This document shows positions 1-8,438 of a stretch of DNA of 29,574 nt, one piece after another. The stretch lies in the IMG/VR virus record IMGVR_UViG_3300012936_000104, positions 1-29,574 of that record. One strand, 5' to 3'. Position numbers and translations under genes: made by a program. The notes beneath the pieces are model-generated. The model did not search any database. It was not told the DNA's origin and saw only the letters and a program-made list of their open reading frames with translations. How positions within the stretch are numbered: the stretch's first letter is position 1; every line of letters starts with the position of its first letter. This DNA comes from a virus. Taxonomy: Duplodnaviria; Caudoviricetes.

Positions 1-752
1 GACGGTATAATTGTAGGTAACGGAGTTTCAGTCCCCGTAGGTTGTGGTGTAAGAACAGGTGTAGATGTCGGTTGTGGAGTTGGTTGTAAATCTTGAGTAG
101 GACTCGGTGTAGGAGTACCACCAAAAAATCCGTATGTTGCAGTCGGTTCAGGAGTAGGGTCAGGTATAACAACCCCCGTATCTGTCGGTGTTGGTGTTAC
201 CATCGGGTTGTATATTGATGTAGGATTAGGGGTTGCGGGTGGTATAGTAGATGTAGGGAAAGGTGTACCTGTCGGTGTAGGTGTTGGTAAGTTAGGATCT
301 AATGTAGAAGTTGGGGTTGGTGTTGGAGGTATAGGTTGATTGTATGCTCCTATCCCAAAATAATGTATCTCTTGTTCACCATATGAATTTGTTAATCCTG
401 TGTAAGTAAAAATATCATTATTTAAAATAATATTTTCATAATCATAATCTTCAGTGTTAAAATATTCAATAAAATCAGTATATGATACAACATATGTTAG
501 TCCTGAAAAAGTTGAATTTGGATCGTTTGCGGTATTATCTATTTCAAATAAAGTGATTGTTTGAATTGAATTTGTAGAATCACCTAAATAATTTGTTACA
601 ATACTATTTATGTTGAATGGTTGTGTATTATCGAGGGTTTTAGAGTCATAATCACTATTAAATTCGGCAATAGTGTAGTCGTAGGTTTGGGAATTATCCA
701 ACTTAATATCCAAACTAAACCCTAAAATTCGTAAAATATCCTGACTATTCAT
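1..752 (-). CDS. Partial (runs off left edge) putative virion protein with a long Pro/Thr-rich mucin-like region
   Basis: Not in the ORF track. Manual translation from ATG at 752 gives MNSQDILRILGFSLDIKLDNSQTYDY...YNQPIPPTPTPTSTLDPNLPTPTPTGTPFPTSTIPPATPNPTS...PTPQPTSTPVLTPQPTGTETPLPTIIP, open to the window edge; TATTTAT motif 6 nt upstream. Confidence 0.85.
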   Translation of the reverse strand, partial: MNSQDILRILGFSLDIKLDNSQTYDYTIAEFNSDYDSKTLDNTQPFNINSIVTNYLGDSTNSIQTITLFEIDNTANDPNSTFSGLTYVVSYTDFIEYFNTEDYDYENIILNNDIFTYTGLTNSYGEQEIHYFGIGAYNQPIPPTPTPTSTLDPNLPTPTPTGTPFPTSTIPPATPNPTSIYNPMVTPTPTDTGVVIPDPTPEPTATYGFFGGTPTPSPTQDLQPTPQPTSTPVLTPQPTGTETPLPTIIP

Positions 753-758
753 ATCTTA

Positions 759-789
759 ATAAATATCTTTCATAACATTTGATATTTAT
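759..789. promoter_or_regulatory. Back-to-back pair of putative late promoters (TATTTAT on - at 759-765 and on + at 783-789)
   Basis: ATAAATATC (759-767) and GATATTTAT (781-789) form an inverted pair between divergent starts at 752 (-) and 806 (+); the same motif precedes many structural genes. Confidence 0.7.
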
Positions 790-805
790 AATTAAACTAG
801 TTTCT

Positions 806-1549
806 ATGAATAATTTTTTAAAACAGACCATAGAAGAGAAATTTGCGTCTAAAGCGCAACAAAGATTCTTCTATGCAAAAGCGAACGAAGAAGGGTCCTC
901 AAAGAAGGAAAAGAAGAAATGGAAGAAATATGCAGATGAACTTTCCAAAGAAACCGACTTTGATGAAATACCCGATAAAATTTCACAAGAAGAAGAGGAC
1001 GTTGATGAAATTGTTGATGCAAAAGGAAATATCAAACGAGGTGGTAAAGCCACTGATTTTCATGCAAAAGGAATATCCTCGAAAAAAACCACAGATAAAA
1101 CTGTAAAGGCGATAGGTGGTTCCCAAGGTACACATGGTGTTCACGGTACTCACACATCTTTAAGATATTGGGCAGAATCTGATATGAGTGATGCTTTAGG
1201 GTTTGATGACACTTTAGGTAAAGATGTTGATTTTGAAACTGCATACACACATTTTACTAAAAAGATTGGATTGACTCATGATGATGCTATGGCTAGGTTA
1301 GGTAAAATGGGTTATGATGAAAAATTACCTGAGGATAAGATTAGATTGGTGGAAAACCCAAAAGAGTTCATGAGAGATTATGTTGAAACTGTTTTAACTA
1401 AAAAACATAATAGTAAAGAAATCGTGAATGATTCAAAAAAGGATCTACACCCAATAATTAGAAGACAAATTAAATCACTAAAAAATACATTAAAGAGTAA
1501 CAATCTTTCAGTTAGTGACATTAAAGATCATTTAGAGTCTGATGAGTAA
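806..1549 (+). CDS. Hypothetical phage protein, probable head-associated (FASKAQQRFFYA module)
   Basis: ORF 779..1549; ATG at 806 preferred over TTG 779 because the TATTTAT motif lies at 783-789. Several [LIV]-x-E sites. Confidence 0.75.
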   Translation: MNNFLKQTIEEKFASKAQQRFFYAKANEEGSSKKEKKKWKKYADELSKETDFDEIPDKISQEEEDVDEIVDAKGNIKRGGKATDFHAKGISSKKTTDKTVKAIGGSQGTHGVHGTHTSLRYWAESDMSDALGFDDTLGKDVDFETAYTHFTKKIGLTHDDAMARLGKMGYDEKLPEDKIRLVENPKEFMRDYVETVLTKKHNSKEIVNDSKKDLHPIIRRQIKSLKNTLKSNNLSVSDIKDHLESDE

Positions 1550-2030
1550 CATAAAACTAAAAGGTAGAGTTTTTAAATTACCTGATAATATTTTTGATTA
1601 CATCCACAAAGTTTTTACTTCTTTGGAAGATAAATCTGTTGATGGAACCCAAAGAGCGAAAAATCTTTTAAGAACTCGTAATTTAAGTTACGCACAAATT
1701 AAAAGGATTATCCATGATTTAGAGAGTGGTGATCTTTCATTAATACAATATAATCTTGCAGGTGGTGACCTGATGTTAAAATGGGCAAAAAGTTTTTTAA
1801 ACGGAGAAAGAACTCAAATAAAAAACAATAAGTTATCTCGAAAAAAGGCAGATAATATTGCACAAATAGATGACATAAGAAAAAATCCATTTTTGTCGAA
1901 ACACACAAAGAAGACGAATTATTCTATACCAAGAAACATGATGAAGTCTAATTCAGATAAAACTTCTGTAACCCCCATATCATCTTTGGGTGTTTTTGAA
2001 GAAGTAAAAAGAATTAAAGATTTATTATAA
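1542..2030 (+). CDS. Hypothetical basic protein ending in EEVKRIKDLL
   Basis: 162-aa ORF overlapping the upstream stop; TAATG-coupled to the next gene. Confidence 0.8.
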   Translation: MSNIKLKGRVFKLPDNIFDYIHKVFTSLEDKSVDGTQRAKNLLRTRNLSYAQIKRIIHDLESGDLSLIQYNLAGGDLMLKWAKSFLNGERTQIKNNKLSRKKADNIAQIDDIRKNPFLSKHTKKTNYSIPRNMMKSNSDKTSVTPISSLGVFEEVKRIKDLL

Positions 2031-2974
2031 TGCCAAGTCAATTAGATAAAATATCAGAACAATTTAGAAAAGATAATCTTACAAGAAATGATTATCAAGG
2101 TAATAAAACATACGACTCAAATCACCCAAACGCCATATCTGACGGAGATGAGTTTGGTAAAGGTGAGAATAATGGTAGAATCGGTAGTAATACTGATATT
2201 ACAAATAGAAATGATAGTTTAGGAAGAAATAAATACGGTCCGAATAATGGATATGGTATTGAAAATCCAAACGCAATCTCAGATGGTGACGAGTTTGGTA
2301 GAGGTGAAAATAATGGTCAAATAGGAACATTCACCGATATCAATCAAAGACAAGAACATATTAAAAGAAACACCTATAATACTGATGATGGTTATAGTTC
2401 TAATCATCCTAACGCAATATCGGATGGTGATGAACTAGGTAAAGGGGACAACAATGGAAAAGTTGGTGGTCTTACAGATAATCAAACACGAGTAGATAAC
2501 GTTACTCGTAACCTCTATAATGATCAAAACGGATACAGTTCTAATCACCCTAATGCAATATCAGATGGAGATGAGAAAGGTAAAGGTGAAAGTAATCAAA
2601 ATATCGGTTCTTTAACGGACATCAATACAAGAACTGACCTATTAAATCGAAATGAGTATAACACAGATGCGAACGGTTATAGTACTAATCATCCTAACGC
2701 GATCTCTGACGGTGACGAGTTAGGTAAAGGTGAGAATAATGGTAATGTAGGTGGATTAACAGATATCAATACTCGTACAGATAATAGAAATAGAAATTTA
2801 TATAATGACCAAAATGGTTATAGTTTAGTTCATCCAAACGCAATATCTGACGGGGATGAAAAAGGTAGAGCCGAGAATAATAATAGTGTGGGAACTTTAA
2901 CAGATAATAATGAAAGAACCGCACATGTTGCAAGAAACCCATATAACTCTAATCAAGGATATCCTGATTTCTAA
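2030..2974 (+). CDS. Tandem-repeat protein (6 x 47-48 aa, invariant PNAISDGDE)
   Basis: Repeats are directly visible in the translation; Asn/Gly/Asp-rich; TAATG overlaps at both ends. Confidence 0.9.
   Translation: MPSQLDKISEQFRKDNLTRNDYQGNKTYDSNHPNAISDGDEFGKGENNGRIGSNTDITNRNDSLGRNKYGPNNGYGIENPNAISDGDEFGRGENNGQIGTFTDINQRQEHIKRNTYNTDDGYSSNHPNAISDGDELGKGDNNGKVGGLTDNQTRVDNVTRNLYNDQNGYSSNHPNAISDGDEKGKGESNQNIGSLTDINTRTDLLNRNEYNTDANGYSTNHPNAISDGDELGKGENNGNVGGLTDINTRTDNRNRNLYNDQNGYSLVHPNAISDGDEKGRAENNNSVGTLTDNNERTAHVARNPYNSNQGYPDF
2123..2971 (+). repeat. Six degenerate ~141-bp coding tandem repeats
   Basis: Core (C/A)AYCCNAAYGCNATHTCNGAYGGNGAYGAR recurs with a 141-144 nt period; differences within the core are almost all at third codon positions. 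Confidence 0.9.
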
Positions 2975-3690
2975 TGAAATTAATAAAAGACATATATAAC
3001 TTTTTATTTGAACAAAGTAGAATCCCTGCGATTTTAAAATCTAAAAAAAATCGACCAGGTTCACTCGCTAATGCAATTAGACAAAGAAATCCTGTTAGTT
3101 TTTTCTACAACGGACCAAGAAACCAAGTACAAGCGGGAAGAAGAGTGAAAGCGGAAATCGTGGCGTTGGGTGTATCTAAAAAAGGTAACATGATCGTAAG
3201 AGCGTGGGTAGAACCACCGTCAAGATCTAAAACAGGATTTGCAAAAGGTAATTGGAGAACATTTATAGTGTCAAGAATGAATCAAGTTGAAATATTTGAT
3301 GATGAGACCTTTAATGTGAAAAGACCAGGTTATAAAGAGGGTGATGACAATTCAATGTTAACAACGTATGTAACATCAGATTGGTCAACAGTTCCAAAAG
3401 TTGAACCTAAAGAACCTGAATCAGTTCCAACTCGACCCGATACTGAACCAACCGTTAGTAGAGAACCATCAGTTGAACCAACTGATAGAGATAGAGAAGA
3501 ACCTTCAGTGGAACCACAAAGTACTGAACTACCACAACCTGAACCTGAAAATAGACCAAGTATTGAACCTCCCAAAGTTGATGATAGTGATGAAAAAGAG
3601 GATGAAGAGGAAGAAAACGATGATGACGATAACAACTATGATGGTTTGAATGAAAATATAAAGAGAATTAAAACATTACTTTATAATTAA
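2974..3690 (+). CDS. Stand-alone WYL-domain-like protein with Pro/Glu-rich and acidic C-terminal tail
   Basis: AIRQRNPVSFFY...GRRVKAEIVALG...VRAW...WRTFIVSRMNQVEIFDDETF matches the WYL pattern (AI..r..v.f.Y...R...l...a....R.F...R...v.....F); no HTH; tail has EPSVEP repeats and ends LNENIKRIKTLLYN. Confidence 0.7.
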   Translation: MKLIKDIYNFLFEQSRIPAILKSKKNRPGSLANAIRQRNPVSFFYNGPRNQVQAGRRVKAEIVALGVSKKGNMIVRAWVEPPSRSKTGFAKGNWRTFIVSRMNQVEIFDDETFNVKRPGYKEGDDNSMLTTYVTSDWSTVPKVEPKEPESVPTRPDTEPTVSREPSVEPTDRDREEPSVEPQSTELPQPEPENRPSIEPPKVDDSDEKEDEEEENDDDDNNYDGLNENIKRIKTLLYN

Positions 3691-3727
3691 AAATAAAATA
3701 CTTATACTTAAAATATAAAATTAGATT

Positions 3728-4333
3728 ATGTCACAACAGATACCACAACCAGTTCCCAAAGAAGATCTTATAAAAAGATTAGTGAACGCAAAAAAAGTAA
3801 TGAATAAAGTAGATGGTGGAGATTTTACTAAAGGTAATATCGATCCTACCGCATTACAAGGTCAAAATAATTTAGTTTCAGAACAACCTAAACAAAACGT
3901 TAGAAATGTGGCGTCTAACGTAGTTAACGAGGATAAAATCAGAAATTCTAAATTACCTGATGCAGTAAAGATGGCAATGATCAACAACCCAATCCCAACT
4001 GTAGATAATATATCACTAAGCGATAGTTTAGATCTATCAATTGTGGAGGGGGCAAAAAAACTTATGCAACAAGAAGGAGATATTAGTACCCCAAAAAAAC
4101 AACAAAAATCTACAATAGTTGAATCATCAAATAACTTAGCTGGTCAAGATATTAAATCTTTAATAAAAGAAACAATCAAAGACACGTTAGAAGAGATAGT
4201 TGATAGAAAATTAGAACTAATTTTAACCGCATCAAAAACCGCCTCTATAAATGAGAATTTGGTACTTAAAGTAGGGGACTCAATCTTCAAGGGTAAAATT
4301 ACAGGTGTAAATAAAGCAAAGAAGAAGGATTGA
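3728..4333 (+). CDS. Hypothetical phage protein
   Basis: 201-aa ORF with variant motif TACTTAT at 3699-3705 upstream; multiple [LIV]-x-E sites; followed by a terminator-like hairpin. Confidence 0.8.
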   Translation: MSQQIPQPVPKEDLIKRLVNAKKVMNKVDGGDFTKGNIDPTALQGQNNLVSEQPKQNVRNVASNVVNEDKIRNSKLPDAVKMAMINNPIPTVDNISLSDSLDLSIVEGAKKLMQQEGDISTPKKQQKSTIVESSNNLAGQDIKSLIKETIKDTLEEIVDRKLELILTASKTASINENLVLKVGDSIFKGKITGVNKAKKKD

Positions 4334-4350
4334 TTTCGTCCTTTTTTTTT
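4325..4350 (+). terminator. Putative intrinsic terminator ending the 806-4333 operon
   Basis: AAGGAT-tgatttc-GTCCTT hairpin (one G-U pair) running into a T9 tract, overlapping the TGA stop. Confidence 0.55.
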
Positions 4351-4358
4351 CTTACTAT
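4330..4358 (+). promoter_or_regulatory. Sigma70-like promoter candidate TTGATT-N17-TACTAT
   Basis: Exact 17-nt spacing, 20 nt upstream of the glycosyltransferase ATG; overlaps the terminator candidate. Confidence 0.4.
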
Positions 4359-4378
4359 TTGGTATATACAATTAATAT

Positions 4379-5608
4379 ATGTCAAAAGTAAGAGTATTAG
4401 CCGTACCATCAGACAAACATGGTGTAGGTAAATTCAGAATCATAGATCCATTTACGTATATTGGTGATAAACATTCATCAGATGTAAGTGTTGATTTGGT
4501 TTTTGATGTCCCTAACAGGGATGACTTCTTTGACAACTATGATGTTATAGTTTTTCACAGTTTTATACACAGAACATCACACGAAGAAAACGTTAAACGT
4601 ATTAAATGGTTAAAATCGGTTGGTAAAACCGTAGTCATGGATACTGACGATTATTGGAGAGTCGATCAAAGACATCCAATGTACGAAACATTCAAACAAA
4701 AAGACTTAGCGGGTAAAAGAGTAGAGTTCCTTAGATTGGCAGACTATGTAACATGTACCACAACTTTATATAGAGACAAACTAAAAAGTTTACTTAATCA
4801 TGATAGGATACATGTTTTTCCCAACGCTGTAAATGAAGAAGAAGAACAATTTCAACCAAAACCACTTGAATCCTCTAAAGTAAGGTTCGGGTGGTTAGGT
4901 GGATCTTCCCACCTTTATGATATTGAACTAATGAAGGGAGGTATCAGTCAAATACACAAACAATACAAAGATAAAGTCCAATTTGTTCTTTGTGGTTTTG
5001 ATCTTAGAGGTAACATGAGAGAATATAACAGAGCCACAGGTCAAGTTACAGAAAGACCGATTAGACCTGAAGAGACAGTTTGGGTAAGATATGAGAGTAT
5101 CTTCACAGATGATTATAAATCATTAGATGTGGCACATATAGATTTTTTAAAACGTTGGAAAAGAGAACCATTTTTAAATGAATTAGATAAACCATATGTT
5201 AGAAGATGGACTTTAGATATCAACAAGTATGCTACTAATTACAATTATTTCGACGTTTCATTAGCACCGTTAGTGAAAAGTGAATTTAATGGTTATAAAT
5301 CACAACTAAAGGTTATTGAAGCAGGATTTCACAAAAAGTCACTAATTGCGACCGCCGAGAATCCATACCTCATAGATTTAGTGGATAGTTTTGACAGAGG
5401 TAATAGAGTTGATGAAGGTAACTCACTTTTAGTTAAAACATCTAAGAATCACAAACAGTGGTTCCAACAAATGAAGAGATTGGTTGAAAATCCATCACTT
5501 AGGGAAGACTTAGGTGAGAAACTATATGAAACTGTAAAAGACACATATTCATTAAAAAATGTGTGTAAGAACAGAGTAGAATTCTTAAAAACAATAAATA
5601 AAAATTAA
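4379..5608 (+). CDS. Glycosyltransferase, GT-B fold (GT4-like)
   Basis: VVMDTDDYW, ADYVTCTT, VFPNAV, RFGWLGGSSH and DVSLAPL...FNGYKSQLKVIEAG motifs are typical of phage GT4-like enzymes. Confidence 0.85.
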   Translation: MSKVRVLAVPSDKHGVGKFRIIDPFTYIGDKHSSDVSVDLVFDVPNRDDFFDNYDVIVFHSFIHRTSHEENVKRIKWLKSVGKTVVMDTDDYWRVDQRHPMYETFKQKDLAGKRVEFLRLADYVTCTTTLYRDKLKSLLNHDRIHVFPNAVNEEEEQFQPKPLESSKVRFGWLGGSSHLYDIELMKGGISQIHKQYKDKVQFVLCGFDLRGNMREYNRATGQVTERPIRPEETVWVRYESIFTDDYKSLDVAHIDFLKRWKREPFLNELDKPYVRRWTLDINKYATNYNYFDVSLAPLVKSEFNGYKSQLKVIEAGFHKKSLIATAENPYLIDLVDSFDRGNRVDEGNSLLVKTSKNHKQWFQQMKRLVENPSLREDLGEKLYETVKDTYSLKNVCKNRVEFLKTINKN

Positions 5609-5618
5609 ATTATAAATT

Positions 5619-5852
5619 ATGTATTATTTAGCGACCGTAGGTTACGAAAAAGAACAGTTGGATAGAAATGGAAATCCACGTATAGACAAAGTAAAGTATG
5701 TTGTTGAGGCAGAGTCTGTCGAAGAAGCAACAATAGTTTTATCAAAATATCGTTCAGAAGATATGAGATCAAGTGAAAGTATATCGATTGCGAAAATGCC
5801 AATCGAATGTGTCATTGATTCAAAGATCACTCCTGAATATTATAAATCTTAA
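5619..5852 (+). CDS. DUF4494-like small protein
   Basis: Y.A.V.YEK...NG..R..KVKYVVEAESVEEA resembles the N-terminal domain of Bacteroidota DUF4494 proteins (recalled pattern). Confidence 0.55.
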   Translation: MYYLATVGYEKEQLDRNGNPRIDKVKYVVEAESVEEATIVLSKYRSEDMRSSESISIAKMPIECVIDSKITPEYYKS

Positions 5853-5857
5853 TTATC

Positions 5858-6424
5858 ATGTTAAATAAAGAACAAATAGAGAACAACAAAAAGAAGTTAA
5901 TTGAGACTTCTGAAAAGTATGATATTTTTACTGAAGACCTTTTAAAGTTTTTAGGTGAAGATATATTCACCGCACCCGCATCAACAACTTTAGATATGTA
6001 CGGTGCGTATCCTGGTGGATTGGTGGAACATATGTTTGTTGCATCAAAGTATGCAGTAAAAGTTAATAGTATACTACCTGAAAATTTACAACAAGACGTT
6101 TCAAGTATTTTAACTTGTACGATTCTGTCACAGATAGGTAAAACCTTCTTATTTAAACCAAATGAAAGTGAATGGCATAGAAATAAGTTAGGTAAAATGT
6201 ATGAATTTAATGATGAGTTAGTCTCTATGAGAGTAGGTGAAAGGTCTGCTTATTATTGTTCAAAATATGGGGTCAATTTAACAGAGGAGGAATACCAAAC
6301 AATTGTCAATTCCGATAAAGGTAATGATGATTTACAAGCAAAGTATCACTCAACACCATTAGCCCAAATTGTTAAACAAGGTTTTGATTTGGCAATTTTT
6401 GAACAAAAGAACTCAAATGGATAA
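5858..6424 (+). CDS. HD-domain-like (YhaM-type) protein with degenerate HD motif
   Basis: APAS...AYPGGLVEH is the YhaM/HD signature, but the expected LLHDIGK reads ILSQIGK. Confidence 0.65.
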   Translation: MLNKEQIENNKKKLIETSEKYDIFTEDLLKFLGEDIFTAPASTTLDMYGAYPGGLVEHMFVASKYAVKVNSILPENLQQDVSSILTCTILSQIGKTFLFKPNESEWHRNKLGKMYEFNDELVSMRVGERSAYYCSKYGVNLTEEEYQTIVNSDKGNDDLQAKYHSTPLAQIVKQGFDLAIFEQKNSNG

Positions 6425-7049
6425 AAAGACATTAGAAGAATACTTACACAAATTAGAAAATTTTGAATCTGTATTAAGTAAGGGTGGAGAAGTAGACCAA
6501 GACTTCATGAATGAGATTGAAAGTACACTACAATCACTTTCAAACGATTCATTACAAGTTGCTAATATGTCACAAAATAATACACCTCCACCTCAAAACA
6601 ATGTGGAGGTCGACTTTAGTATTCAATGTAAAATCAAAAAGTTAGAGGAAAACGCAGTTATACCAACCTACAGTAAGGAGGGTGATGGGTGTGTGGATCT
6701 ATATTCTATTGGTCACACATTTGATGATACTAAAAATCAAGTAACATATAAAACAGGTATTGCAATTGAAATACCAAAAACACATGTGGGGTTAGTTTTC
6801 CCAAGATCATCTATTAGAAGAACTAAATTAACTTTAAGTAACTCTGTTGGTGTTATAGATAGTGGTTATAGAGGGGAAATTATGGCAACCTTTAATTACA
6901 GTAACTCAACGAGTGATGAAATATATGAAACAGGTGACAGAATATGTCAATTAATGATTATTCCTAACCCTAAAATAAAATTCATCGAAGTTGATGAATT
7001 ATCAGAAACCGATAGAGGAACAGGTGGTTTCGGTTCTACAGGAAAGTAA
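6417..7049 (+). CDS. dut: Trimeric dUTPase with N-terminal extension
   Basis: Motifs GDGCVDL, PRSS, GVIDSGYRGEI, GDRICQL and RGTGGFGSTG; ATG at 6417 overlaps the upstream stop. Confidence 0.95.
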   Translation: MDKKTLEEYLHKLENFESVLSKGGEVDQDFMNEIESTLQSLSNDSLQVANMSQNNTPPPQNNVEVDFSIQCKIKKLEENAVIPTYSKEGDGCVDLYSIGHTFDDTKNQVTYKTGIAIEIPKTHVGLVFPRSSIRRTKLTLSNSVGVIDSGYRGEIMATFNYSNSTSDEIYETGDRICQLMIIPNPKIKFIEVDELSETDRGTGGFGSTGK

Positions 7050-7052
7050 CAA

Positions 7053-7745
7053 ATGGCTAAAAGAGAAGTAAAAAGATTGACAAGAAAACAAAGAATCAAG
7101 TCAATCTTCAAAAGACCGAGAGAAAAGTTTTTAACTCAATCACAAAAAGATTATTGGGAGACTCTCGATACAAATGAAATAACTTTATGTTTTGGACCCG
7201 CAGGTGTAGGTAAATCTTATATAGCAATGAAAAAGGCGATAGACCTTTTGTGGGAAGAAGACAATAAGTACGAAAAAATAATAATAGTTAGACCTGCGGT
7301 AGAGGCAGAAGAAAAGTTAGGATCTCTACCAGGTGGTTTAGAGGAAAAATTAGATCCATATATTTTTCCATCATATTACTTACTAAATAAAATTATAGGT
7401 AAGGATTGTAGGGAAAAATTAAAAGAGGAAGGTTTTATCGAAGTTGCCGCACTTGCATACATGAGAGGGTGGAATGTTGATAATACGATTTTAGTTTTTG
7501 AGGAAGCTCAAAACGCCACACCCGCACAAATCAAACTACTACTTACACGTATAGGTTTTAATTCCAAATTTTTCATCTCGGGTGATCTTGAACAATCTGA
7601 TAAGTTCAAAGATATTACGAGAAGTGGATTGTATGATGCTAAAGTCAGATTAGGTGGACTAAAACACGTTGGGATCCATGAGTTTGGTAATGAGGATATC
7701 GTTAGAAACCCTCTAATCAGTCAGATACTCAAAAGATACGAGTAA
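7053..7745 (+). CDS. phoH: PhoH-family ATPase
   Basis: GPAGVGKS Walker A, RPAVEAEEKLGSLPG, LAYMRG, EEAQN, LLTRIG, GDLEQSD and DIVRNPL motifs. Confidence 0.95.
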   Translation: MAKREVKRLTRKQRIKSIFKRPREKFLTQSQKDYWETLDTNEITLCFGPAGVGKSYIAMKKAIDLLWEEDNKYEKIIIVRPAVEAEEKLGSLPGGLEEKLDPYIFPSYYLLNKIIGKDCREKLKEEGFIEVAALAYMRGWNVDNTILVFEEAQNATPAQIKLLLTRIGFNSKFFISGDLEQSDKFKDITRSGLYDAKVRLGGLKHVGIHEFGNEDIVRNPLISQILKRYE

Positions 7746-7752
7746 GTAAGCA

Positions 7753-7781
7753 TTTACTTATAACATTTTTTTTATTATAAT
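7753..7781 (+). promoter_or_regulatory. Sigma70-like promoter candidate TTTACT-N17-TATAAT
   Basis: Perfect -10 hexamer at 7776-7781 with a 17-nt spacer, 6 nt before ATG 7788; the background is AT-rich. Confidence 0.4.
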
Positions 7782-7787
7782 TAATTT

Positions 7788-8438
7788 ATGGAAATTTTTA
7801 TTAGTATAGATGGTGTACTACGAAATACAATAGCAAAATTCGACTATCACTACAAAGATTATTATTTAGATAGTGAAGAGGACGAAAAGACGGAGGAAGA
7901 AAATAAGTTTGATTACGGTGTAATCGAACCCGTAAAGAATGAATTCCTTTTAGATAGTTATAAATTCCAATCGAAAGACGAGTTTAATAATTTTCTTTTC
8001 CTTGATTATTCAGTCGAAATATTCGGACACGCCAATCCATCTTATAAAAATGTTTTTCATGACTTAAACACATTAATATATAACAATAAAGAACATAGAT
8101 TTACTGTGATCGGTATTGACGAATTAGGTAAATCTAAACCATCAACACTATTCTTTTTATCAAAGAATGGTTATATGGGTAATAATGTTAGGTTTAGTAT
8201 ATCCTCTGAGATAGATAATCTTTGGAAAAAGTGTGACTTATGGATTACTGATAATAAATCAATAATTGATAGTACTCCAAGATTTAAAAGATCTGTAAAG
8301 TTCAATAATGACTACAATCAATACTTTACAAATAAGGACGAAATTCATAAATTAACAGAAATAGACAAAACATGGTTGAAATCTTCGGGGAATATTATTA
8401 CATCGACTTGGACAAGATTAATGAAAAGTGTGAGATAA
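7788..8438 (+). CDS. HAD-like (5'(3')-deoxyribonucleotidase-type) protein lacking the nucleophile Asp
   Basis: IFISIDGVLRN versus canonical i.iDiDGVL.d; CDLWITDN and FNNDYNQ resemble the C-terminal motifs of NT5C-type enzymes. Confidence 0.6.
   Translation: MEIFISIDGVLRNTIAKFDYHYKDYYLDSEEDEKTEEENKFDYGVIEPVKNEFLLDSYKFQSKDEFNNFLFLDYSVEIFGHANPSYKNVFHDLNTLIYNNKEHRFTVIGIDELGKSKPSTLFFLSKNGYMGNNVRFSISSEIDNLWKKCDLWITDNKSIIDSTPRFKRSVKFNNDYNQYFTNKDEIHKLTEIDKTWLKSSGNIITSTWTRLMKSVR

Noticed and set aside
2123-2971. Regularly spaced DNA repeats as a possible CRISPR array, ncRNA array or DGR template
   Set aside because: Variation is synonymous and in frame, the intervening segments are homologous rather than unique spacers, and no cas or reverse transcriptase gene is present.
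2030-2974. Repeat protein as a multi-core RiPP precursor
   Set aside because: No modifying enzyme, dedicated peptidase or transporter is adjacent; the context is a late virion-type operon.
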